Assembly: GCA_009914755.4 (NCBI GenBank)
Contig: CP086569.2
Location: 7,584,001 to 7,648,000 of the forward strand
Reading direction: 5' to 3'
Source of the DNA: the human T2T-CHM13v2.0 reference genome, Homo sapiens
DNA length: 64,000 bases
The stretch's first letter is position 1, and each line of letters starts with the position of its first letter. The notes under the pieces were generated by a model. The model made no database searches and was not told where the DNA came from. It saw only the letters and a list, made by a program, of their open reading frames with translations. Position numbers and translations under genes: made by a program. Shown piece after piece: positions 1 through 15,000 of the stretch.

Positions 1-3000
1 GAAAAAAGAAAATAGTCACATACCCTAAATCCTGGTCTCAAAAATATGTCACACTCTCAGCATTTTAAAGGCTGAGGCAGGGGAGGAAAGTCATATCACT
101 TAGTTCATCAGCTCAGAGATATGTTCCAATGTCCCAGTAGGCAGAACTCAGGCAGAAGAGGCTTCTTTAGGTATAGTCTCAATCCAACACGTGAGCAGAA
201 ACCAGGCAGAAGAGCCACATCATCTGGGAGCTGGGTCCTAAGATATGTCACAAGTCCCCATTAGGACAGAACCAAGGCAAAAGAGTTACATCACCTTGGT
301 GTATGTTTCTCTTTTATGTCACAATGCTCTATGTGCATGAGGCCAAAGCATTCAATCCCATTGACTAGTTGATAGGCCCAAGAGATAGGTTACAAAGTCC
401 TCTGTGAAGCATAGTCCTGGCAAAAGAGTATCATCACCTGTGTGTCTTGCCTAGAAATATGTTACTCTCCAGGTTGTCATCACCCAAGCAGGAGAGCCAC
501 CTAACCTAAGTGATAGGCATAGAGATGTGTCACAATGTCCTAGTTTGGGCATGACTCTGGCAAACAATACCCACAGCTGTACGCCTGGCTTTACAATATG
601 TCACTATCCTTCCTTTGTGCAGGATCCGTTCCAGAGATGAGACTTACATCACCTATGAGGTGCACACAAATATATGTCACAATAATTGTGATTGGCATGG
701 CATAAGCAAGAATGCAACATCAATAGTATGCTAGATCCAGTGATATGTACAATACTTACTGAGAGAAGGGCCCAGGCAGGAGAGTCACATCTCCTTAAGG
801 TTAGCCTAGGTAGATATCACAGTCCCATATATGCACTGGAACAAGTCTGGAGAGTCAAATTACACTGGTGTTTGCAAAGATTTATATCAGAACCACACTA
901 TCAGAAAATTCCAAAGATGAGTTTACAGTACAACACATGTCCTGTTTTCATGTGTGACAATTGACTTCATCCATGAGAGATGATGGCAGTCCTTACTGTC
1001 AGTTGGGTGTGCATACAAGACTCACAATTTCACTTGAGTTGAACCCTGGTTTGACTTTTTCATTATAAACCAAAGACTTTGTAAAATATGTGTGAGTGTT
1101 GTAATCTTCTGTGACATTTGTACAAGAAAGTGATTCAGGACATCCCACATGTCTGTAATCTGAGTTACAAGAGTCAAAATATCATCTATTGGCTGAGTCC
1201 ATATATTAATAAGAGTCATTATTATTCCTGTGAGCCATTCCTAGTTATTTGTTACAATTTCCTCTGTGGTTATGAATCAGGCCAAACAATCACATCACCT
1301 AAATGCTGGGCCAGAAATATCCCATTATTATTTTTTCAGGCAGGGTGCTGTCTGAAATATCACATAACTTGTGTGCTAAATCCAGCTCTGTTGCACAGTG
1401 TTCATTTTGGGATGTGTCTAGGAAGGAGAGGAGAGTCATATAACCTAAAATCTGGGTTCAAACATACATCAAAATGGCTCCTGTTGAGGAGGTCCAAAAC
1501 AGAGAGTCATGTCCTTTGAATGTGGTGATTAGAAATGCTACAATTACTAAAGGAAGCAGGGTACAGGTCAAAGAGGAGAGTTATATGCCTTTGATAATGG
1601 GTCCAGAAATATGTGACTATTCTGCCTGAGGACAGTTTTAGACAGCACAGTCAAATCACCAAGGTGCTTGATGCAGATATTTGTCAAAATCTCATTCATG
1701 GGCTATATCTAGGCAGAATTATTAAGTCACTCAGGAACTGAACTAAAATATATGTCACAATTACACTTGTGGAAAGGTTTAGGAATAAGACTCAACTGTT
1801 GGCTTTCTAAATGTAGGATGGCGGCAACTTTTAATTTCACCTGGGCATGTAATCAAGAGTCCCAATTTGAACTTTTTGCTGGCCCCTGCTATGAAAATTT
1901 CTACAACAAAAGAGTTTATAAAATATAAGTTAGTTGTGTAAGCTTCTGTGAGCTTGCTACAAATATGCAACCTAGGACCTTTCCTATTCCCCAAGCCTAA
2001 GAATGAAAAGCAAAAGATTTTCTATTGGCTGAATCCCAATATGAGTTTCATCATCATGGCTGTGAACTGAAGCAGAGTATATGTTATAATCAAATATGTG
2101 GGCAGAACACTATGCAGAAGGGCAATAGCACTTAGATGTTGTGTTAGGCAATATGTCACAATACCTTCTCTATGCAGGGTGTACAAAATTGAATCACATT
2201 AACTGGGTGCCGGACCCAGAAATTTCATATGTGGAAAAAACCCAGCCAAGTTATGAGAGTCAAAATGCCTACATAATGGGCCCAATATATGTCAAAATAC
2301 ATTCAGTATTAGCAGCACACGCAGAAACATCACATCTTAATGTTGCTGGGCCCAGCTATATGCAATATGCCGTAATTATCTCTTTATGCAGATCCCATGC
2401 AGAAGAGTAACATGATCTGTGTGCTGAGCAACGTTATATGTCAGATTTCTTTTTTGTGGGCATGGTTCAGGAGAAAGTGGAGAGTCACATATCCTGAGTG
2501 CTGGGCTCAGCAAAGTGACAAAATCCTCCTATTGTGAAGGCCCAGGAAGAAAAAGAGAGTCGCATTACTTAGGTTCAGAGATACATCTCAATGCCCCCAG
2601 TAGGCAGAGCTCAGGTAGATGAGGACAGTAATATCACCTATGTTTTTCCCACAGAATATGTCACAGTTTAACATGTAGACAGAAACCAGGTAGAAGCACT
2701 ATATCACTTGTGTGCTGTGTCCTGTGATATGTCATAAGTCTCTCTTAACACAACACCTAGGCAAGAGAGATACATCATACTAGGTGCCGGTCACTTGGTT
2801 ATAACACAATCCTTCATCTGGTTAGGACCCAAGGAGAGAGTTACTACATTTAGGTGATAGGCCCAGAGATATGTCACAGTGTACTGTATGAAGCATAATG
2901 CTGGAAAGAGTACCATCACCTGTGTGCCTGGCCTAGAAATATGTCACTTTCAAGGTTGGAAGGACCCTAGCAGAAGAGCCACATAACATAGATGATAGCC

Positions 3001-6000
3001 CCGGAGATATGCCACATTGCCCTCCACTGGTCATCCACAGGATAAGGAGGAAATTTGCCTGTGTGTCAGTCCTTGCAATATGTCACTATTCTTCTGTTGT
3101 GCAGTGTCCATTGCAGAGAGGAGACTCACATCACCTATGAGGTAAACACAGAAATATGTTACAATAATTTTGGTGGTCATGGCCCAAGTAAGGATGTAAC
3201 ATTACCTGGGTGCTATATCCAGTGATATGTCACAATCATTACTGAGAGATAGGACAAGTAAGACAGGAAAGTCATATCACGTAGAGGTTGGCCTAGGTAG
3301 ATATCATAACCCCATATATAAGAAGGGACAGGTCCAGAGAACCAAATTACACAGGTGCTTAGCAAAAATTTACGTCATCATAACACTGTCAGAAAATTCC
3401 AAAGATGAGATTTACAATACCACACATGTCCTGTTTTCATATGTGACAGATCCCTCTGTCTATGTGAGATAAGTTGTCCTTACTTTCAGCTGGGTGTACA
3501 TACAAGACTCACAATTTCACCTATGTGCTGAGTCCTGCTTTGATTTTGTCTGTATAAACCAAAGAGTTTGTAAAATATGTATGAGTGTTGTAATAATTTT
3601 TGACCTTTGTACAAGAAAGAGACAAAGGACACCATGCATGTCCCTAAACTGAGTTCTAAGATTCAAAATATTCTCTATTGACTGAGTCCACATATGACAG
3701 TCATTATCATGGCTGTGAACCATGCATAGGTATATGTTACAATTCCCTCTGCGGTTAAGAAGGAGGCCTAACAGCCACATCACATAAATGCTGGGTCAGA
3801 ATACTCAAATATGCTTTTTGTAGTCAGGGCTGTCTCAGAAATATCACATAACGTGCATGCTATGTCAAGCTCTGTGACACCATACCCCTTGTGGGCAGTG
3901 TCCAGGCAGGAGAAGAGAGTAATATCACCTAAAGGATGGGCCCAAAATTATGTCAAAATGCTTCCTATTGACAAGGCCCAGGCAAGAGGGTCATATCATT
4001 TGGATGCAGTATTTATAAATACTACAATCACCAACAGAAGCAGGGTACAGTCAGGAGAGGAGAGTCATGTAACCTAGATGAAGCATCCAGAAATATGTTA
4101 CAATATCCCCTGAGGACATTTTAAGATACATCAGTCAAATCACAAAGGTGCTCAGCCAATCTATCTGTCAAAATCTCATTTGCTATACCTAGGCAGAATT
4201 ATTAAATCACTCAGGAGTTAGGCAAATGTATATGTCACAATTAGACTTGTGGAAAGACTTAAGACTAAGAGTCACCATCCTGCACAAGTCCTAGGCTCCA
4301 GTCTTGTGAGTTGTTATTAGGCTTTTGTTTAGGTCTCTGGTATGTGGCCAGAAAAAACACAAGAAAGTCCCATCGCCTACGTGGGTCCAGGTCCAGTGAG
4401 ATGTCACAAATTCAACAAGGGGGCAGGAACCTGTTGTAATAGTTACATTGCATGGATTTCAGTGACATATCAAAATTCCCTATCTGGGCAGGACTTTGGC
4501 AAGAAGGGAGACTCACTTCACCAAGGCAATTGGCCTAGATATATGTCACAATGTCTATTCTGTGCAGTAACAAAGCTGTAGAGAGGCATCACACAGGTGT
4601 TGTGCTCAGGAAATATGTCACAATCTCCTTGTGGCCTGGGCCAAGGCAAAAGCAAAGAAACATCACTTAGGTTCTGAGCCAAGTGATATGTCACAATGCT
4701 TCCTGTTGGCAGAACCCAAAAAGAAGAATCACATCCCCTGAATGCAGTACCCGGTTATTTGTCACAATTCCCTGCAACTGCAGGGCAAAGGAAGAAGTGA
4801 GTAACATCACTTACATGATGGATCTACGTATGTCACAAAATTCTTTTTGTAGGAAGGTTTCAGGCAGATAACTCACATCACCTGGGTGATGGTCCCAGTG
4901 ACATATGTAAAATTTCCCTTTGAAGGCAGAGCCACGATGGATGTTATCTATTGCTTAGCTGCTTGTTCCACATATGGCACAATTACTTCTGTGATCTGGG
5001 CCTAGAAAAGGAGTCAAATTATTCATTTACTGGGCAAAGTCACCTGTCCCAATCACACTCTCATATATGTTCGGAAATAAGTTTCATATCCCACATAAGT
5101 CCTGGTTTTGTGTATGTGAGTTAATTCTTTCTATAAGTTGGGTCAAAATAGAGGATTCAAAATCTCAACAGTGGGCAAGATCCATGTATAAGAGCTGTAA
5201 TCCCACTTGAACATTGTGGTCCAGGAGGGGAGTTACAGCACCACAGACATGCTGAATCCTGGTTCAAATGTTAATGAACCACCTGCGGATCAGGTCCATA
5301 TGTGTGAGTAATTATTTCAAACATCAACAGCTTTTTATGTGTGAGATTTAGTATTTCATTCCTAGGCCCTGTTAATGTGTGACAATGAAAATCATGTCAG
5401 CTAGGTGGGCATTCAAGAGTCACATTCTCACCTGGTTGGTGGCCTCTGTTATGACACTGTTTGCACCATTAAGGCTTTATATGATCTACCTGAGTATTAT
5501 AATCCTTCATGACTTTTATACAAGTGAAAAACACAGGGCTAAACCCATCGCTATGAGAGTCAAAATATCTCTACTGGCTGGCTCCAGTTATGAGAGTTAT
5601 TTTTGTGCATGTGCTCTTAACCTAGTTATATGTCACAATTTCACCTGTAAGAACAGACAAGGCAAAAGAGTCAACTCACCTCGATGCTGAACCAGTGATA
5701 CAGCATAACCTCATTTGCATACTGGGTCTAGTCAGAGGAGTCACTTCACCTAGGTATAGCCTCAAATAGTTTGTCAGCAAGCCTACTATACACAGGGAAG
5801 AAATAAATGAGGACAGTCACTCCACCTAGGTGCTGGACTTTGCAATATATAACAAACCTCTCTCAGAAGAGTTTAGAATGTGGAGGAGAGCCATATAATG
5901 TCAGTTTTTCAATCAGTGGTATATCACAATTTATTTTCTGAGCAAGACCCAGGCAGGAGAGGAGAGTTGCATTACCTAGATGTTAAGTGAAATGATATCT

Positions 6001-9000
6001 CAAAATGTCTTCTGGGGGATGGACACTGACAGAAAAGAAAAATCAGAAAAGAAAAATCATCTTGCTTATAGACCCCAAGATGTGTGATAATATCCCCTCT
6101 TGGCAGGATCAAGACAGAACAGTCACAGTATGATTCTAACATAGTGATATGTCACAATGCACCCAAAGAAATGAATTTAGGCCAAATAGTCTCAACACCT
6201 AAGTACTAGACCTATTCATACACCAATTCCCCTTGTCTTTGAGGGTGACCCTATAAACTCTGAGCTAGTGTACATATGGGAGTAACAATCTTGCATGTTT
6301 CCTGGGCCATTGTATGAAACTCTACAATATTCAAAAGCATTATACATCATGCATGAGAGTTTCAAACCACTCTAAGGCCTACATGTTCATATGTACTCAT
6401 GATCTTGCATATTGCCCTAAACCCAGGTATAACAGTCATCATCTCTTCTCTAGGCTGGGTTAGAAGTGAGACCCATTTTTATGCCTGTGAGCTGGATCTA
6501 GAAATAAGTCACAATTCCACCTGTGGATAGATCCATATACGAAGGTCATACTTCCAACTTTGTACTACATTCATTTGTAAAACTCAGGTTCTTAACAGTG
6601 ACCTTTGGACATAAAGAATGATGACAACACTTGCTTTTACCTGGGTATGTAATCAAGAGTCTCAAACTGAAATTTTTTTTGGTCCCTGTCACCAAAATCT
6701 CTATACCATCAAAGGAGTTCATACATTATGAGTTAGAATTGTAAAGCTCTGTGAGCTTGGCACAATTATGCAAACTAGTACTTTGTCTATTGCCCTAGGC
6801 CTAGTGATGAAAGGTAAAATATCTCATATTGGCTGAATCACAATATAATCCCAATATAAGTTTGACCATCATGACTGTGAACTGAAGCCATAGTCGCATT
6901 TGTGTGGAAAAAAAAAAAACAAAAACTGGGCCAGAGGGTAACAACACTTAGGTGCTATGCCAAGCAACATGTCACAATATCCCCTCTAGGTAAGGTATAG
7001 GACTTAGAATCACAGTAACTGGGTTCTGGACTCAGCAATATGACACAATCCATTATGTTGGAAAAAAAAAAAAAACAGCAAAAAGTTGAGAGCCAAAACA
7101 CCTATATAATTGGCCCCTGCTCTGTGAAAATACCTTCTGTGGCTCCAGCACAGTCATGAGTTTTACATTATCAGGGTGCTGGGCCCAGCAGTATGTCATA
7201 ATATTCTCTACATACATAACGCATGTAAAAAGAGTAACATTATCTGGGTGCTGGGCCCTGCAAGAGGTCAAAATTTCTGTTTGTGGGCATGATTTGAGAA
7301 AAAAAAAAGGTAAATCAGATAACCTGATTATTAGGCTGAGCAGTCTTTCACAATCCCTCCACTGTAAAGACCAGGCAGAAAAAAAGAGTCACTTTCCTTA
7401 GTTCATGGACTCAGATATATGTCCCAGTATCCCAAGTGGAGAGGGCCCAGGCAGAAAGGGAGTGTCATATCACTTAAATGCTTCACTAGTTATATGTGAA
7501 AATCTTAACTGTGGGCAGAAACCAGTCAGAAGACCCACATCATCTGGGTACAACCAGAAGTAATATCTCATGATCTCCACTATAGATAGGATTTTTTTAA
7601 AAAAAATAATGACACCATCACGTGGGTGCTGTGCTCACCAATATGTAATAATTCCCTCTCTTGACAGACTCAAGTACAAAAAGGTGATTTATGTCACATA
7701 GGTTTTGCACTCAAGGGTATATCACAGTTTTTTCAGTGAGGAGGATCCAGGCAAGAGAAATGAGTCACGTTACCTAGATTCTAAATCTAGTAATATGTTG
7801 CAGTTTCTCTTCTCAGCAGTGTAATGTCAGGAGAGACATATTACATAGTCAATAGGCCCAGAGATATGTGAAAATATCCTCTGTTTACAGGGCCCTGGCA
7901 GAAGAGTCACATTATCTTGATTCTGACCTAGAAATTTAAACTAAAAGTTCTCAACACCAGGTACTTGGGCAAGGAATGTGACAAAATATTCTCATCTTTA
8001 AGGGTGATACCATTAAATATTAGCTATTTGTGTATAACAGACTCATAATCTCATGTGTATGCTGGCCATTGTATGACAGTCTCTACGATATCTGAGAATG
8101 TTATACAATATGCATGAGAGTTGCAATCCTCTCTGAGGACTATAGGCATTTACAGACTTATGATTATACATATTGCCCTAAACCCAGCTATGACAGTCAG
8201 CATCTCTCCTATAGGCTGGAGATAGGGATGAGATCATTATTATGACTGTGAGCCAGCTCCAAAAATGAGTCACCATCCCAGCTGTGGCCACATTCCTTCA
8301 TGAAAGTCACAATTCCAACTTTGTGTTGTATTCACTTGATGGACTCAGGATCTCAATAATGGGCTTTGCAAATGTAGGATGGTAAAAACTTATTTTCACC
8401 TGAGTGTGTAGTCAAGAATCATAACCTTAACTGTTTGCTGGGCACTGTTAAGAAACTCTGCACCAACAAGGAAGTTTTTATTACATGAGTTAGTGTTGTA
8501 AACTACTGTGAGTTTTCTAGAAACTTGCAAAGAATAACCTGACCTTTTGACCTAAACATAGTAGTGAGAGGAAAAATATCTCCTATTGGCCAAATCCTGA
8601 CACAAGCTTGATCATCTTACCTTTGGACTTGTTAACATCACTTAGGTTCTTTGTCAAGCAATATGTCATGATGCTCTCTGTAAGCAGTGCCTAGGAAAGA
8701 GGATGACATTAACTGGGGGCTGGAGCCACCAATATAATACAACCACACATGGAAGAAATTCAGCCAAGTGATAAGAGCCCAAATACCTACAAAATGGGCC
8801 AAAGATATGTTAAAATACCGTCTGTGGTCCTGGTACAAGCAAGAAAGTCACATAATTAGGGTTCTAGGCCAAGCAATATGCCACAATTCCCTCTTTATGC
8901 ACAACCTAGGCAGACGAGCAACATCATCTGGGTACTGGGCCCTGAAATAAGGCAAAAGTTCTGTTCGTGGGCATTGTTCAGTTACAAGATGACAGTCACA

Positions 9001-12000
9001 TTACCTAAGTGCTGAGCTCATCAATATGTCACAATCTTACCATTGTAAAGGGCCAGACAAAAATAGAGTCACGTCACTTAGGTCATGGGCTCACAAATAT
9101 GGCCCAATGTCACCAGTAGGCAGGTCTCAGACAGAAAAAGTCATATTACTTAGGTGCTTCATTAGCTATATTTCACAATTTAATATGTGGGTGGAAACCA
9201 GGTTGAAAAGCCACATCACCCTGTCCTTGTGGACCATTTTGGAGTGTGTCCAGGCAGTAGAGGAGAGTCATATCAACTAAATCGTGGTCCCAGAGAGATA
9301 TCACAATGCCTCCTCTTTAAAAATCCCAGACTCATGTCATTTAAATGCAGTGCTTAGAAATGCTACACTCCTCACTGGAAACAAGGTTAATGCAGGAGAG
9401 GAGAGTCACATAACATAGACATTGGGTCCAGAGATATGTTATGATCACTTCTGAGAACCTGTTAAGACATGAGACTAAAACCACAAATGTTCTTGGCACA
9501 GGTATAGGTCCAAATGTCATCTGTGTGCTATGACAAGGAATATGTCACAATAACACCTGTGAAAAGGGGCAGGGATGAGAATTATGATGCTGCACATGTC
9601 CTGGCTCTGGGGACAAGTGTAATCATTAGGCTTTTGATCTGGTCTCAGGTAAATGGAACAATATCACCTGTGAACAGGGAGAAAAAAGGAAAGTTCCATC
9701 ACCTTAGTGGATGATAGTCCAGTGAAATATCTCAAATGTCCTTGTGGCTAGGACCCTTGTAGAAGAGTTACATCACCTGGATTCTGGTTTCAGTGATATA
9801 TAAAATCCCGTTGTGAGCAGAACTTAGGCAGGAGTGAAGACAAACTTCTCTATGCAATTGGCCTGAATATATGTCACAATGGCTGCTATGTGTAGGACCA
9901 ACATAAGGGAGTAACCTCACTTTGCTGCTGGGTTCAGCAATACGTCACAATTTCACTGGTGGTCAGGGCACAGGCAAGAGAAAAGAAGCATCACCTAGGT
10001 GCTGAGCAAAGTAATATTTTACAAAGCTTACTATTGACAGAAACTTCATCCCCCAAAAAAGAGTCACATCACCTGGGTGCATTACCCAGTTATGTGTCAC
10101 AATCAACCAGAAGTGCAGGGCTAAGACAGTGTAGAAGGAAGTCATATCATTTAAGTAATTGACTTAAATAAAAGCCACAGTGCTCTTTGTAGGCAGGCTT
10201 CAGGCCAAGATTTCACATCAGCCAAGTGCTGGTCTTAGTGATATGCAAAAATGCCCTATGCTGCATTGCCAAAAAAAGATGTTGCTTATTGCTTCAGTGC
10301 TAGGTGCAGGTAAGTCACAATTTCAACTGTGCTCTGGGCATAGAAAGGAGAATCAAGACACTCAGATGCTGTGCAAAGTCATACTTCTCAATTACACTGT
10401 CAAAAATGTTCAGAAATAAGTTTCAATGTCCCACAAAAGTCCTGGCTTCAGGTATGAGAGTCAACACCTCCTGTAAGTTGGGTTGAAGTACAGGAGAGTG
10501 AAACCACAAAGGTTCCTGGCAAAAGTGTAAGTCTAAATGTCATCTGTGCACTAAAACAAGGCAGGATTATTAAATCATATGGGAGCTGGGTAAATGTGTA
10601 AGTCACAATAACATCTGTGAAAAGGGGCAGGGATGAGAATCATCATCCTGCAGATGTCCTGGCTCTGGGAATAAGTGTCCTCAGGTATCACAATCTCAAA
10701 AATAGGAATGACCTATATATAATAGTCTAAATCCCACTCATAAATTATGTTCCAGTAGGAAAGTCAAAGTACCACAGGTTTGCTAAATCATAGCTCAAAC
10801 ATCACCAAACCACCTGTGGATCAGATTCATGTATGACAGTAACAATTTCAAGCTTTGAGGCTTATGTGTGTGAGATTTACTACTTTATTTGTAGGCTTTC
10901 TTCAGGTGTGAAAATGAAAATTGTGTCACCTGGGTGTGCATCCAAGAGTCACACAATAATACCTGGTTGCAGGTACCTGCTATGAAACTCTTTGTAACAC
11001 TCAGGCTTTATATGATATGCCTGAGTAGCATAATTTTCTGTGATTTCTTATAGGTTGGAGATCTAGGACTTTACCCATGGCCTTAAGACTGCCTATGAGA
11101 GTCAAATATCTCCCCCTGGCTAGGTCTAGTTATCAGAGTTACTACTGTGCATATGAACTGAATCCAGGTATGTGTCACAATTTCACCTTTGGACTGAGAC
11201 AAGACAGAAGAGTTACATTATCTGGGTACTGAGCAAGGGATACATTATAATTTCCTTTTTAGCCAGCACCCAGTCAGAACAGTCATATCACCTGGGTACT
11301 CTCTCCAATAGTATCATCATGACCACTAAACACTTGGTTGAAAAATAGAGGATTGTCACACTCCTCGGTGCTGAGCTCAGCAATATGTTATTTTTTCCTC
11401 ATTGGCAGAGTCCAAGACAAAGAGGAGAGTCACATCACCTAGATTTTGCACTCAGTGATACGTCACAATTTCTTCAGTGGCCAGAATACAGGCATGAGTG
11501 ATTAGTCATATTACCTAGATACTATATCTAGTGCTCTGTCACAGTGTTCTCTGTGGCAGGGCACTGGCATGAGAGACACATCACCTAGCTCATAGGCCCA
11601 GAGATAGGTGATAATATCCCCTGTTGGCTGTGTTTCAACATTATTAGGATTCTGACCCAGTGATAATTCACAATGTACCTATGGGCAAGAGTTTAAGCCA
11701 AAAGTCTCAACCCCTGATTACTAGGCCTAGTGATATGACACAATCTCCTCATCTTTTACTGTGACACCTTGAACTTTCAGCTAAGCTTGAATATTAGAGT
11801 CACAATCTCACTTGTATGCTGGGTCAATGTATGACACTCTCTAAATCTGTGGGCATTATAAAACCTGGTGAGAGTTACAACTTCTCAGCGACCTTCATGC
11901 TCATTTGGACTCACAATTTTACATATTGCACTAAGCCCAGGTTTGTTGGTCAACCTGTCTTTTATATGTAGGGTTAAAGTAGAAGACTATTATTATCCCA

Positions 12001-15000
12001 CCTCTGGACAGATCCACATATAAATGCACCATTCCAATTTTGTTTTGTATTCCCTTGTTAGACTCAGGACCTCAACAGTGGGCATTGTACATATAGGATG
12101 GTGACAACTTTTAATTTCACCTGGATGTGTAATAAATAGTCCAAATCTGAACATTTTGCTGGGTCCTGTTGTAAAATTTTGTACCACTAATGAGTTTATA
12201 CAATATAAGTTAGTGTTGTATCCTTTGAGCTTGGTACAAATATGCAGCCCAGGACTTACTTATTGCCCTAAACCTAACAATGAGATTCAAAATATCTTCT
12301 ATTGGCTGAACTGCAGTGTAAATGTGAACATCATACCTATGAGCTGAATCAAGGTACATGTCATAGCCCCATTTGTGAAAAATAAAAAACAGGAAGGCAG
12401 CACCATTTAGGTGTTGTGCCAAGCAATATGTTTCAGTGCCTTCTCTAGGCAGGGTATAGAAAACTGGGTCACATAAACTGGGTGCTAGACCAAGAAATAT
12501 GACACCATTTCACATGTGAAAAAAACCCAAAAATGTTATGAGAGCCAAAACACCTACATATTGGACCCAAGGTATGTCAAAATACCTTCAGTGGCTCCAG
12601 TACAGACAGGAGAGTCACATCATAATAGTGCTGGGCATAGCAATAGGCAATATGCCATAATTTCCTGTTTTTATAGAAATCAGGCAGAACAGTAACATCA
12701 ACTGGGTGTTGGGCCCTGAAACAGGTCAAAATTCCTTTTTTGGGTGGCATGGTTTAGGAAAAAAAGGAGAGTCACCTATCCTGAGTGCTGGGTTAAGCAA
12801 TGTGTCAAAATCATCCTATTGTGAGGTCCAGGCAGAAAAAAGAGAGTCGCATCACTTAGGCCACGGGGTAAGAGATATGTCCCAGGGTCCCCAGCAGGGA
12901 GAACTCAGGCAGACAAGCAGAATTATATCAAATAGATGCTTTTGTAGGAATATGTCACAGTGTAACATGTGCACAGAAACTAGGCAGAAGAGCCACATCA
13001 CTGGGGGCTGGGTCCTGACATATGCCACAAGACTATCTTAGGACAGCACCCAGGTAAGATTGTTACATCACCTAGGTCTCTGCTTATGCCTCAATTCCCC
13101 ATGTCTGTATGGCCCAATTCAGGAGTCACTTTACTGAGGTAATAGGCACAAAGATATGTCATAATGACCTCTACAAAGCATAGCTCTGTCAAAGAGTAAC
13201 ATCACCTGTGGGTCTGTCCTAGAAATATGTCACTCTCTAGGTTGGCAATGCCCAAGTAGAAAAGCCACATAACATAGATGATAGGTCCAGAGATATGTCA
13301 CAATGCCCTTTTTTGGGAATACCTCTGGAAAAGCAGTACCCTCACCTGTGTGCCTGGCCTTGCAATAAGTAACTCTCCTTCCTTTGTGCAGGGCCCATTC
13401 CATAGTGGAGATTTACTTCATCTATGGGTAGACACAGAAATATGTCACAATAATTATGATGGGCATGGCACAGACAAAAAGTAACATCACATGCATATTA
13501 GATTAAGTGACATTTCACAATCCTTACTGAGAGAAGGGCCCAGGCAGGAGAGTCACATCACCTCGAGGTTGGCCAAGATAGGTATCACTGTTCCATACAT
13601 GAGCTGGAACAAGTATGGAGTATCAAATTGCACAGGTGCTTGGCAAAGATCTATATCACAATCACACCGTCAGAAAATCCCACAGATGAGATTTACAATA
13701 TGACACATGTCCTATTTTAATGTGTGACAATTGGTTTCATCCGTGTGAGATTTTGACAGTCTTTACTGTCAGATATGTGTACTTCAAAGACATAATTTCT
13801 TCTGTGTGCTGAGCCCTGCTTTGTTTCTGTCTGTATAACCCAAAGACTTTGTATATGTGTGAGTTTTGTAATCTTTTGTGACCTTTGCAGAAGCTGATAC
13901 AAGATATCACAAACGTTCCTAAACTTATTTATAAGAGTCAAAATATCTTCTATTGGCTGAGTCCACATATGAGAGTCACTATTATTACTGTGAACTGTGC
14001 CAAGGTTTATGTTACAATTTCTTCTGTGGTTATGAAGCATTCAGAACAGCCACATCACTTAAGTTCTTTGCCAGAAATATTCCAATATACTCTTTGTAGG
14101 CAGGATCCTGTCAGAAATGCTATGTAACTTGTGTGTTAGATCCAGCTTTATGACACAATGTCCTTTGTTGGTAATGTCCGGGGGGCAGAGAAAAGAGAAA
14201 AGCCATATCAGCTAAATCATGGGCCGCAAAGTATGTCACTCTGCCTTCTCTTGACAGGGCCCAGGCAAGAGAGTCATATCATTTGCATGCAGTGTTTAGA
14301 AATGCTACAATTACCAAGAAAAGCCATATACAGGCAGGAGAGAACAGTCATGTAATGTAGATCATGGACCAGAAATATGTTACAGTCACTCCTGTGGATA
14401 TTGTTAAGATAACACAGTCAAATGACAAAGGTGCTTAGCCCAAGGATTTGTCAAAATGTCATTTGAGGACTATACCTACACAGAATTATTACATCACTAA
14501 GGAGCTGGGCAAAGGTATATATAAGTTACACTTGTAGATAGGTTTAAGAATAACAGTCACCATCCTGCACATATCCTGGCTCCAGATATATGAATTGTTA
14601 TTAGGCTTTTATTATGTTCTCTGGTGTATGGCACAATATCACCTGCAACCAGAGAGAAGAAAATAAAGTCTCATCAGCTACGTGGGTGTAGATCCAGTGA
14701 GATGTCACAATCCACCTTGTGGACAAGACCCTGGCAGAAGTGTCAAATTACCCGGATGCTGGTTTCAGTGATATATCAAAACTCCTTCTCTAGGCAGGAT
14801 TCTCACAAAAGAGGAGACTCATTTCACATGGGCAATTGGCCTAACTATGTGTCACAATGTTTCTTATGTGCATTATCAAGGCTGGAGAGTGACCTCAGAG
14901 GGGGGCTGGACCCAGAAATACGTCACAACCTCTCTGTGGCCAAGGCCCAGGAAAAAGCAAAGAAACATGAGCTACATGCTGAGCTAAGTGATATGTTACA